Positions 9,676-21,431 of a stretch of DNA of 32,000 nt are shown in pieces (the first letter of the stretch is position 1; each line of letters begins with the position of its first letter). This DNA is from Candidatus Saccharimonadota bacterium (GTDB taxonomy: Bacteria > Pseudomonadota > Gammaproteobacteria > Enterobacterales > Enterobacteriaceae). The stretch covers positions 120,001 through 152,000 of the forward strand of contig CP043989.1 of assembly GCA_015134435.1 (NCBI GenBank). The letters are read 5' to 3'. Position numbers and translations under genes: made by a program. The notes beneath the pieces are model-generated. The model was not told the DNA's origin. It saw nothing but the letters and a program-made list of their open reading frames with translations, and ran no database searches.

Positions 9676-10677
9676 TTAATTATAATAATATATATAAGAT
9701 GCTAAATCTAAAACTTTTTCAGAATAAGCAATTTCATTATTATATCATACAACTAATTTAACAAAATTATTATTTAATAATAAAGTAGATTTTGCATCAA
9801 AAATAGAAATCAATTTTTCATTATTAAAATCACTTGAAACAACATCATCATATGTAATACCTAAAATATCACGTAAATAACTATTAGAAGCTTCATAAAT
9901 ACAAGAACATATTTTATCATATGTAACATTAGAATTTAATTTAATATTTAAATCAATTAATGATGCATTAGAAACAGGAACTTTAAAAACTATACCTTTA
10001 ATTTTTTCTTTTAAATCAGGAATTATATAATTTATATTATTAATACTATTAGTAAAAGAGGGAATAATATTATTAAAAATACTTCTATTATTACGTCAAT
10101 TTTTAACAGAAAAATTATTAACTATTTTTTGATTAGAAATAAAAGAACGTATAATAGTTATAAAAGATTCTATAATACCAAAATTATCATTTATAACTTT
10201 AAGTATAGTAGCTAAACAATTAGTAGTAGAAGAAGTACTAGATACAATATTCTGTCCATTATAATTATAATGATTAATACCCATAACAAACATAGGAATA
10301 TCATCTTTAGAAGAATTAGTAATAACTACATATTTAGCTCCAGATAAAATATGCCCATAAGATAAATCTTTAGTTATAAAAACACCAGTAGATTCAATTA
10401 CTATATCAACATTAAATTTATTTCATGGAATATTTTTAGGTTTATCAAAAGAAGTAATATAAATCTTATTATTATCAATTAATAAATAATCATTTTTAAA
10501 ATCAATTTTACTATTAAATTTTCCATAAATTGAATCATATTTTAACATATAAGCTATATAATTAATTTTTAATAAATCATTAATAGCAACTATTTTAATA
10601 TTTTTTCTATACTGTGAATTACGAAATATTAATCTTCCAATCCTACCGAAACCATTTATACCTATTCTAATAGTCAT
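9676..10677 (-). CDS. gapA: Glyceraldehyde-3-phosphate dehydrogenase homologue with substituted catalytic Cys and His
   Basis: 333 aa, collinear with E. coli GapA without gaps. Matches include [49 protein letters not shown]. There are three in-frame TGA codons at conserved Trp positions. A strong GAGG Shine-Dalgarno sequence lies upstream. The active-site motif reads [10 protein letters not shown] where GapA has SNASCTTNCL. Confidence 0.85.
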
Positions 10678-11123
10678 AAAACCTCATTAAATATATATAA
10701 AATATATATATAATTTAAATTTTAAAATATAAATATATTAAATATATTTAATTTTAAAATATATAAATTATATTAATTATAAATAAAAATATAAAAAATA
10801 TATAATATTTAAAAAATTTTAATAATTATAAATATAATTAAATATATTATTTATTAATAATTTGATATAATAAATTAATAATTTAATTAATAAAATATTA
10901 TTATAAATAATTTAAAAAATATAATATAAATAAAAGTAATAATAATTATAAATTTTAATTAACTAAAATAAAATAAATTATAAATTTTAAATATATAATA
11001 TAATATTATAATAATATATAATTAATAATAATAATATAATAAAAATAATATATAATTAAAAAAAATAAAATAAATATAAAATAATATAAAATAATATAAA
11101 ATTTATTTTAATTTTTATAAAAA

Positions 11124-11606
11124 TTAATAAGAAGAATATATAAAATAATCAAAAAATAATGGATTTTTAGCAGATAAAAAAGCAATCTTATCACATTTAT
11201 TATTATAATAATTACCACTATGTGATTTTAATAAACTTCAATTTATTTTTTTTTGAAATAAAAACATATTTTTATATATAAAATATCATAAATCAATATT
11301 TTTTATATATCTATTATTTGAATTTTTTCAATTATTTTTTTTTCAAGAATAAATTCAAAATTTAACTCCATTATATAAATAACTGCTATCAGTAAATATA
11401 TTAATATAACTATTAATATAATAATTTTTTATTAAAAAATTTAAAGATAATATTAAAGCCATTAATTCCATTCTATTATTAGTAGTATAATAATATCCAG
11501 CTTTTAAAATAATTTCCTTTTTTATAAATTTAATAATAGAAGCACAACCACCAGGTCCTGGGTTATTAATACATGAACCATCTATGTAAATATTTATTTT
11601 TAACAT
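11124..11606 (-). CDS. rnhA: Ribonuclease HI
   Basis: 160 aa. ORF 11355..11606 is extended through TGA codons. Motifs: IYIDGSC.NNPGPGG, TTNNRMELMA, FTDSSY, W-IYSW-KKNNW-K (E. coli WIHNWKKRGWK), KSHSGN..NNKCDKIA. It is divergent from dnaQ, as in E. coli. Confidence 0.92.
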
Positions 11607-11662
11607 ATATTTAAAAATTAATTATTAAAAAATTAATAATATTATAAACTAAATTAAATAAA

Positions 11663-12397
11663 ATGAATAAACAAATTGTTTTAGATATAGAAACAACAGG
11701 AATTAATTTAATAGAAAAACATTATATAGGACATAAAATAATTGAAATAGGAGCTATAGAAATAATAAATAGAAAAATAACAAATAATTTTATACATTTT
11801 TATATAAATCCAAAAAAAAAAATAAATGATAAAGCATATAAAATACATGGAATAAATAATTATTTTTTAAAAAATAAACCTATATTTTTAAATATAGCAA
11901 ATAAATTAATTAATTTTATAAAAAATAAAGAATTAATTATACATAATGCAAATTTTGATATTAAATTTATAGAATATGAATTAAAATTAATAAATCATAA
12001 AATTAAAAAAATTAAAAATATCTGTAAAATAACAGATACATTATATATAGCAAGAAAATTATTTCCAGGAAAAAAAAATAATTTAAATGCATTATGTCAA
12101 AGATATAATATAGATATATCAAAAAGAAAAAAACATGGAGCTTTATTAGATGCAAAATTATTATCAATAGTATATTTAAATATGACAAGAAAACAAAATA
12201 AAATTAATTTTTTAAAAAAAAAAAATATAAATAAAAAAAATATAAAAATTGATAATATTAAAAATAAAAATATTAATTTTAATAAAAATAATAAAAATAT
12301 AAAATATATATATATAAAAAAACATTTAAAATATTTAAAATATATTAAAAAAAAAAATAATAAATGTTTATGATTAGAAAAATATAAAAATAATTAA
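11663..12397 (+). CDS. dnaQ: DNA polymerase III epsilon (3'-5' proofreading exonuclease)
   Basis: Exo motifs VLDIETTG, IIHNANFD and HGALLDAKLL are present. One TGA near the end is read through to the TAA at 12395-12397. Confidence 0.92.
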
Positions 12398-12425
12398 TTA
12401 ATAAATAAAATATTTTAAAATAAAT

Positions 12426-13781
12426 ATGAAATATATATCTATAAATAAATTACATAAAATAAATAATATAAAAAATATAAAAAATAAAATAATAAAAATA
12501 TATGGATGAGTAAAAACAATAAGATATTCAAAAATAAATATATTTTTTATAGATTTAAAAGACGGATCATCTATTAAACCAATACAAATTATTTTAAAAA
12601 AAAAATATATAAAAAAAAATAAAAAAATTTATAAAATAAAAACAGGATGATCAATAAAAATAAAAGGAAAAATAAAAATAAATAAAAATAATAATAAAAA
12701 AGAAATACATATAATTAAAATAAAAATTTTAGGAAAAATTAATAAACAAAAAAAATATCCTATTAGTCCAAAATATCATTCTTTAGAATACTTAAGAAAA
12801 AATTTACATTTAAGATCAAGAACATATGTAATAGAATCTATAATTAAAATAAGAAATACATTAATATATTATTTACATAAATATTTTCAAAAAAAAAATT
12901 TTTATTTAATAACAACTCCAATAATAACTTCTTTAGATACAGAAGGTAGTAGTAAAATGTTTGAAATAAAAAATAAAAATTTTTTTAATAAAAAATCTTA
13001 CTTAACAGTTTCAGGACAATTAAATTTAGAAACATATGCTTGTTCATTATCTAAAGTATATAATATAGGACCAATATTTAGAGCCGAAAATTCTAATACA
13101 AATAAACATTTAGCTGAATTTTTAATGTTAGAAACAGAAATAGTATTAGCAAAAATAAATAAAATAATAAAAATATCTAAAAATATGTTATCTTATTGTA
13201 TAAAAAATATAATCAAAAAAAATAATGAAGATTTAGAATTTTTATTTAAATATACAAAAATTAAAAAAAATGATTATTTATTTAATTTAATAAATAAAAA
13301 ATTTATAAAAATAAAATATAATAAAATAATTAAAATATTAAAAAAAAAAGAAAAAATATTTAAAGAAAATATTATTTGAGGAATGGATATATCTTCAGAA
13401 ATTGAAACATATTTAACACAAAAATATTTTAAATTACCAATAATAATAATTAATTATCCTAAAAAAATAAAACCATTTTATATGAAATTAAATAAAGATA
13501 ATAAAACAGTTTCATGTATGGATATAATATTACCAAATGTAGGTGAAATAATAGGAGGATCAGAAAGAGAAAATAACATAAAATTATTAGATATAAATAT
13601 GAAAAAAAAAAATATTAAAAAAAAAAAATATTGATGATATAGAGATTTAAGAAAATATGGAACTATTCCTCATTCTGGGTTTGGATTAGGAATAGAAAGA
13701 TTATTAATGTATATTACTAATATAAAAAATATAAGAGATGTAATACCATTTCCAAGATACCCTAAATATATAAATTTTTAA
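12426..13781 (+). CDS. asnS: Asparaginyl-tRNA synthetase
   Basis: The ATG at 12426 is in frame with ORFs 12957.. and 13383.. through TGA codons. Motifs: [97 protein letters not shown]. Confidence 0.95.
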
Positions 13782-13860
13782 AATAAAATTAATATTGTTA
13801 ATATATAATTAAATTTATATAATAAATATTATATTAATAAAAATATAAGGAATTAAAAAA

Positions 13861-14955
13861 ATGAATATTATTAAAAAAAATTCATTAATATTTATTATAA
13901 TATCACTATTAACTATACAATCAGTAAAATCAATAACAATATTAAAAAATAAAAATTTTCTATTAAATATATATGGTTCATTATCATCACAATATTTAAA
14001 TAAAAAAATAAAAAATAAAAATATATCTATAATATTTAAAGGAAAAAATAAAATAAATAAAAATTTAACTATATTTGGAAAAATAAAAAAATCAATAAAA
14101 ATTAATAATAAAAATAATAAAATTAAAACAAATTTATTTTATATAGGAATAAAAGATAATTGTTTAGGAATAATAAATTATGGAAAAAATTTTAAAAATA
14201 TAAATAATACATTATCATATATAAATATATTTCCACATAATAAAAATAAAATAATTAATAATAATATAAATAATAATTTATTAACATATAAAAAAAAAAT
14301 TAATTTAAATAAAAATATACCAATATTTAAAAATATAATATTTATATTACAATATCAAAATAATAATAACAATAATAATAATATAAATAATATAATAAAA
14401 TCTAAAAAAAATAAATGAGGATATACATATAATTTAAAAACTAAATATGGAATTGAATTATCAACTTCATATATTTTAAAAAAATATAATTTAATAAATA
14501 ATATTAATTATAAAAAAAATATATTAAAAAAAAATAATTATATAAATAAAAATATATTATCAACTGGTATAAAATATAATTTAAATAAATTATATTTAGG
14601 ATCAACATATACTGAAAAAAATCAATTTAATAAGAATAATAATTTAATAAATAAAATAAATAATAATAAAAATAATATTAAAAATTATAATTTTAATATT
14701 GTAATAAAATATAATTTTAAATCAGGAATAACTTCAATTATAGGTTATACACATACAAAAAAAGATAAAATTATAAACAAAAATAATAAAATAAATATTT
14801 TAAAAAAAAATATTGAAAAATATTTTAATATAACTACTATATATAAATTTAATAATTTATTAAATGGATATTTAAATTATAAAATAAATCAATTAAATAA
14901 TAATAAAAATAATAATGAAAATATATTATCATTAGGATTTAATTTAAATTTTTAA
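13861..14955 (+). CDS. ompF: General diffusion porin, OmpF/OmpC family, with signal peptide
   Basis: 364 aa, with one TGA read through. The N-terminal signal looks like MNIIKKNSLIFIIISLLTIQSVKS. Strand-like blocks align with OmpF: IIFKGKNKIN, FYIGIKDN.LGIINYGKN, FILQYQ, STGIKYNLNKLYLGSTY, IVIKYNFKSGITSIIGYTHTK, YFNITTIYKFN, and a C-terminal LSLGFNLNF ending in Phe. It lies directly downstream of asnS, as ompF does in E. coli. Confidence 0.8.
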
Positions 14956-14974
14956 TTATTAAATAATATAAAAA

Positions 14975-15047
14975 CACATCTGAGAGGATTCGAACCCCTG
15001 ACAACTCGGTTCGTAGCCGAGTACTCTATCCACTGAGTTACAGATGT
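14975..15047 (-). tRNA. argV: tRNA-Arg (anticodon ACG)
   Basis: Cloverleaf read by hand. The acceptor is ACATCTG/CAGATGT and the D arm is ACTCAGTGGATAGAGT. The anticodon stem is CTCGG/CCGAG with loop CTACGAA. The T arm is AGGGGTTCGAATCCTCT. No CCA is encoded. This is a GC-rich island. Confidence 0.92.
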
Positions 15048-15049
15048 AA

Positions 15050-15133
15050 CGATGAGAGAGGGATTCGAACCCTCGATGTTTTAAACATGCTCCCTTAGCA
15101 GAGGAGTACCATAAACCACTCGGTCATCTCACC
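15050..15133 (-). tRNA. serV: tRNA-Ser (anticodon GCU), class II with long variable arm
   Basis: The acceptor is GGTGAGA/TCTCATC and the anticodon loop is CTGCTAA. The variable arm is catgtttaaaacatc and the T arm is GAGGGTTCGAATCCCTC. It lies 2 nt upstream of tRNA-Arg, the same order as E. coli serV-argV. Confidence 0.9.
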
Positions 15134-15194
15134 AATATAATAAATAATATATAATATATATATTTTATATATTATATATATATTATAATATATA

Positions 15195-15374
15195 TTATAG
15201 ATTATTTAATTTTTTTTTATTAATTTTAATAAATACTTCTTTTCTATAAATAGAAATATCTTTAGGAGCATCAATACCTATACGAATTTGATTATTTTTA
15301 ATTCCTAATATTATTATATTAATATTATTCCCTATAATTAATGTTTCACCAATTTTTCGAGTTAAAATAAGCAC
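15195..15374 (-). CDS. csrA: Carbon storage regulator CsrA (RNA-binding)
   Basis: 59 aa from a GTG start. Sequence: (M)LILTRKIGETLIIGNNINIIILGIKNNQIRIGIDAPKDISIYRKEVF. E. coli has [48 protein letters not shown]. It is not in the ORF track. The GTG overlaps the alaS TAG stop by 1 nt. Confidence 0.88.
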   Translation of the reverse strand: MLILTRKIGETLIIGNNINIIILGIKNNQIRIGIDAPKDISIYRKEVFIKINKKKLNNL

Positions 15375-18064
15375 TATAAATCCTTATTATTTAATAATAA
15401 AATTTTATTAAAATTTAATAATTTAAATTTAACAAAATTTATTATATTTTTTAAAATATTTTTTTTTTTAAAAGATAATATATTAAAAAATTCAATATAA
15501 AAATTTTTTTTATTTATAATTTTATCTTTTTTTATATTAATAAAATTATTATTTAATATATTTAAATTAAAATTATATAAAATATTTTTATTTAAATATA
15601 ATATTAATTTATAAATATTATTTAATTTTAAAATAAATATTATTAATGATAAATTAAATTTAAATTTTAATTTATTAATAATTAAATATAATAAATTTTC
15701 TTCTAAAAAATCATTATATAAAAATTTTTTTATCAAAATATTTAAATTAAAATATTTAATAATATCACTAAATAAAATTTGAGATAAAATATTTTTAATT
15801 AATATATTATAAATTAAATTAATTTTTTTTTTAATTTTAATTTTTTTATTTTTTATAGAAATAAATCTATTTAATATATTTTTTTTATCAATAAATAAAA
15901 AATTACATATATTATTTAAAATATATATATTTTTATTTATATATTTTAAAGCATATAAATTAGTACATGCTTTAATTCTTTTAATATTAGAAGAAATATT
16001 ATATTTTTTTTTTATTATAAATAAATTTATATAATTAGTATTATTAACATGAGTACCACAACAATAATCTTTTATTAAATTATTAAAATAAACTTCACGA
16101 ATATAATTTTTAAAAAAAAAATTAAATTTTTTATTAATAACATTATTTTTTATAATATTTTCTTTAAAAATTAATTTTTTTAATATTATTTCATTAACTT
16201 TTTTATTAATAATATATATATCAAAATTATTTAATTTAAAATCATAAAAAAAATCTAAAGTAAAATAATTATTTTTAATTAAAGAACCACATTGATTTAT
16301 ATTATTAGAAAAAAATTTTTTTAAAACATATAATAATATATGAGTAGAAGAATGATTACAAGATATATTAAATCTATAATTATAATCATATTCAACTTTA
16401 ACAAAATCATTAATTTTAATAAAACCATATTCTAATTTACCAATATGAATAATATATTTATTAAAAATTTTTGTATTATAAACAAAAAATTTAAAATTAT
16501 TATTATATATCACTCCTCTATCACCTATTTGACCACCACATTCAGGATAAAAAACAGTACTAGATAATATAATAATTAATTCTATATTACATTCTTTAAA
16601 ATAATTAATTTGTATATTATTTAATAATATACAAATTATTTTACTATAACAATATTTTTTATTATAACCTAAAAATTTTGTTTTTTTTAAATTACTTAAA
16701 TTATAAAAATTTAAATTACTTTTAAATTTATTAATAACTTTAGATTTTTTTTTTTGTAAATTTAATAAATATTTAAATTTTTTTAAATCAAGAATAATAT
16801 TATTATATTTACATACTTCATTTATTATATTTAATGGTAAACCATGAGTATCATATAATAAAAAAATAATATTACCATCTAAAATATTATTTTTAATAAT
16901 ATTTTTTTTTAAATAAAAATATAAAATATCTAAACTTTTATATAAATTATAAAAATATTTTTTTTCTTCTTCTAAAACTATATTTTTTATTTTTATAAAA
17001 ATTTTTTTATTATCTAAAATATAAAAATTAAAAAATCAATCTTTAAGAAAATATAATAAATTATTTAAAATAAAATTTTTATTTTTTAATAATATATATA
17101 AATATGTTAATGTTCTTCTTATTAATTTACGTAATATATAACCTCTATATTCATTAGAAGGTGTTATATTATCTATTATTAAATATATAATTGATCTTAT
17201 ATGATCAGAAATTAAATTAAAAATAAAAATATTTTTATTATTTAAATTTAAATTTAAAAATAAAGAAATATTTTTTTTTAAATTAATAAAAATATCAATA
17301 TCAAAATTAGAAATAACATTTTGTAAAACAGATGATATTCTTTCTAACCCCATACCTGTATCTATAGATTTATAAGGTAAATATTCAATTTTATTATTAT
17401 TAATAATATTATATTCTATAAAAACTAAATTTCATATTTCTAAATATTTATTACTATCTTTATATAATAAAAAATTATCAATATTTTTAATACAATTAAT
17501 ATTGTAATATATTTCCGTACTATAACCACAAGGACCTAATTTTGACATTTGTCAAAAATTATCTGATTTTAAATTTATTTTATTAGATTTAATTCCAATC
17601 AAAAAAATATTTTTTTTAGAAATACCTATAATATTTAATCAAATATTATAAGTTTCATAATCATTTATATCTACAGTTATAATTAACTTATTTTTTTCTA
17701 AACCAAATCATTTTTTAGAAGTTAATAATTCTCAAATATATAAAATACAATCTTTTTTAAAATAAGAATCAAAACTAAAATTACCCATCATTTCAAAAAA
17801 TGTATTATGTCTATAAGTATATCCTATATTATCTAAATCATTATGTTTTCCACCAACTCTTAAGCAACGTTGTACAGTAACTATTTCTTTATAAAAACTA
17901 TTTTTAAAACCTAAAAATATATCTTTAAATTGATTCATACCTGCATTAGTAAATAATAAACTATCATCATCAGGTACTAAAGAACTACTTTCAATAAAAA
18001 AATGATTTTTAGATTTAAAAAAATCTATAAATAAATTACGTATTTCATTAAAACTTTTAAACAT
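15374..18064 (-). CDS. alaS: Alanyl-tRNA synthetase
   Basis: Three ORF pieces (17732..18064, 17036..17353, 15374..16513) share one frame and are joined through TGA codons. Motifs: [51 protein letters not shown], and editing-domain HSSTHIL and CCGTHV. It ends in TAG. Confidence 0.93.
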
Positions 18065-18169
18065 AATTAAACTTATAAAAAAATAAAATTATAATAATTA
18101 TTATAATATTAAAATAATTTATAAATTAATAAAATAAAAAAATACTAATAAAATTATATAAAATAAAAA

Positions 18170-20050
18170 TTATTTAATAATTAAATTAGATAATATATTA
18201 TTAATTAAATTAATAAATTTAGAAGGATTATTTAAAGAATTTGTTTCAATTAATAAAGATTGATAATATAAATAATATATTCATTTTTTTAATAAAGAAT
18301 TATCTTTAATATTACTAATATATTTAATTAAAACATGATTAGGATTTATTTCTAATAAATATTTTATTTTAGGAATAGATTTTCCAACTGCTGATAATAA
18401 TTTAGACATTTGAGTACTCATTTCATTTACAGAAGTAGTAACTACAACAGGAAAATTATCTAATTTATCAGTTAAAATAACATCTTTAATTTTATTTGAT
18501 AATAAATTTTTTATTTTAAGTATAAAATTATTTAAATTATTTTCATTATTTAAAATTTTAGATTTATTTAAAGTTATAATATTATTAACTTTAATATTAT
18601 CATTTTTATTTATAGAATAAAATTTTATTCCTTTAAAATCATTTAAATATGACATCATTCATTCATCTATTCTATTAAACATTAATAAAACTTCTATATT
18701 CTTTTTACGATAAATCTCTAAATGAGGACTATTAAAAGCAGAAGAATAATTATCAGAAATAATAAAAAATATCTTATCTTGATTAGGTAACATACGATTT
18801 AAATAATCTTCTAAAGAAACATATTTATCTTTAGAATTATAATAAGTAGAACAAAATCTTAATAATAAAGATATTTTATAACGATTAATTTCATCTTCAG
18901 CTAATCCTTCTTTAAAAATATTACCAAATTCTTTTCAAAAAATATTATATTTATCTTTATTTAAAGATAATTTATTTAACATATTTAATATTTTATTTGT
19001 TATTGAAATACATAAAATATTAATAATATTACTATTTTGTAATATTTCACGAGAAATATTTAAAGGTAAATCAGAAGTATCTACAATTCCTTGAACAAAT
19101 CTTAAATAAAAAGGAACTATTTTATTTATTCCTTCCATTATAAAAATTCTATTAATATATAATTTTATACCATTTTTATATTCATCCCTATTCCATATAT
19201 TTCAAGGAGAAATACTAGGTATATATATTAAAATTATATATTCATGTTTACCTTCAACTTTATTATGTGATCAAATTAAAGGATTCCCTAAATTATTAAC
19301 TAAAGTATTATAAAAATTAATATATTCTTTAAGAGATATATCTTTTTTATTTTTAATTCATAAAGCATCAGATATATTTATTTTTTTATATATATATTTA
19401 TTTTCTTTTTTATTAAAACATTTAAGATTTATTGGAACATTAATATAATTAGAATATTTAATTATTATTTTTTTAATATTTAATAAATCTAAAAATTCAT
19501 TACAAGAATTTTTAATATTTAATATAACATCAGTACCATTATATTTTTTTTTTTTTTTTAATATTTCATATTTACCATGACCATCTGAAACCCATAAATA
19601 TCCATTTTTACTATTAATAGATTTAGTATGAACAAAAACTTTATCAGATACCATAAATGAAGAATAAAAACCTACACCAAATTGACCTATCATATTATGA
19701 TTTATATTATTATCTTTAATATTAATATATTTATTTAAAAATTCTTTAGTACCTGATTTAGCTATTTTTCCTAAATTATTAATTAATTCCTTTTTATTCA
19801 TACCAATTCCATTATCACTAATAATTAAATTATTTTTATCAATATGTATATTAATAAAATAATTTTCATTTAAATTATATAATTCTTTATCTTTAAATTT
19901 TATATAATAAAATTTTAATTTATCTATAGCATCTGAAGAATTTGATATTAATTCTCTTAAAAAAATTTCTTTATTAGAATATAAAGAATTTATTACAATA
20001 TTTAATAATTCTTTAATTTCTGATTTAAATATATAAGTTTTTTTATTCAT
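18170..20050 (-). CDS. htpG: Chaperone HtpG (Hsp90)
   Basis: Pieces 19358..20050, 18935..19138 and 18281..18658 are in one frame. Motifs: LRELISNSSDAIDKL, SDNGIGM, GQFGVGFYSSFMV, FVQGIVDTSDLPLNISRE. The C-terminus aligns with E. coli ..LLDQALLAERGTLEDPNLF... TAA stop at 18170-18172. Confidence 0.93.
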
Positions 20051-20173
20051 AAAATTTATAATCCTTTTTATTTTTATTTTCTTTTATTAATAAATAAAAA
20101 TAAATTTTAATAATTATATTAACAAATAAAATATTTTTTTACTATAATTATAAATTAATTACAAAATAATTAA

Positions 20174-21274
20174 TTAAAATTTATTATTATAAATAAACCC
20201 TCTAATAACATAAAATTCAAAAATTATTTTTTTATCATCAATAATTAATATATTTTTTTTACATAATAAAAATAATTTATAATAAAAAAATATATCTTTT
20301 AAATTTATAATTTTTTTAAAATTTAATAATATATTTATATTTATATAATATTTATCTAAATAATTTAAATATTTAGGATATAAAAATAAAAATAATAAAT
20401 TATGTATATTTTCAATTAAAATATATAAAAAATTAATATAATTTATATTTAAATTATTTAATTTATATAATAAATAAAAAATTTTTTTATTTTTAATAAA
20501 TAAATATTTCATTAATAATAATACTAATTTACAATCTACTATATCTAATAAAGAATATATTTTTTTTAAAGATATTTTATCATATAAATTTAATATTAAT
20601 AATTGATCTAATATATTTAAAGCATCTCTCATACTACCTTTAGAATAAAAAGATATTATTTTAATAATATTAAAATTTAATACTATATTTTCTTTATATA
20701 AAATATAATTTATTCTATTAATAATATCATTTTGATTTAAAGATTTTAAATAAAATGAAATACATCTAGATAAAATAGTATCAGGAATTTTATTAATTTC
20801 AGTTGTAGCTAAAATAAATTTAACATGTTTAGGAGGTTCTTCTAAAATTTTTAATAAAAAATTAAAACTATAACGAGATAACATATGAACTTCATCAATT
20901 ATATATATTTTATAACGCATAGTAATAGGTAAATAATAAATTTTATCTAAAATTTCTTTAATATCTTCTATTTTTGTACGAGAAGCTGCATCTATTTCAA
21001 TTACATCAGAACATTTATTTAAATCAATATTTAAACAATTTAAACATTTTCCACAAAATTTATAATTAATACCTTTAATACAATTTAAACTTTTTGCAAA
21101 AACACGAGCTAAACTTGTTTTACCAACTCCATGAGATCCATAAAATAAATAACAATTATGTATTTTATTAAATTTTAAACTATTAATTAAAATTTTTATA
21201 ATATAATTATGACCAACAAAATCTTTAAAATATTTTGGTCTTCATTTTAAAGCTAAATTAATTTTTGAATACAT
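20174..21274 (-). CDS. dnaX: DNA polymerase III gamma/tau subunit, short form (366 aa)
   Basis: The ATG at 21274-21272 gives MYSKINLALKW-RPKYF (E. coli LARKWRPQTF). Motifs: GSHGVGKTSLARVFAK, a Zn module CGKCLNC, EIDAASRT, IIDEVHMLS, ILEEPP.HVKFILATTE, ILSRC. It stops after roughly domains I-III. Confidence 0.92.
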
Positions 21275-21431
21275 ATAAATTTTAATTAAAATAAAATTAT
21301 TATTATTATTTAATATATTTAATAATTTATTATTAAATTAATAAATATTTAATTAAAAAATAAAAATTTTTTAATTATAAATAATAATTTATATAAAAAT
21401 TATTATAAAATAATAATAAATTATAAATAAT

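Noticed and set aside
15134-15194. An AT-alternating stretch between csrA and tRNA-Ser that could hold a promoter or a dyad.
   Set aside because: -10-like and -35-like hexamers occur everywhere at this composition, and the apparent dyads are imperfect. No promoter call can be supported.
18121-18169. The sequence aaaataaaaaaatactaataaaatt downstream of htpG resembles the T-tract-proximal half of the gapA and cspE hairpins.
   Set aside because: I could not find the complementary arm, so no hairpin is supported. It may be a degenerate copy or a chance match in A+T-rich sequence.
21275-21431. Imperfect dyads in the spacer between secA and dnaX, which could be a terminator.
   Set aside because: The arms do not pair cleanly when written out. 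This is not distinguishable from background A+T self-complementarity.
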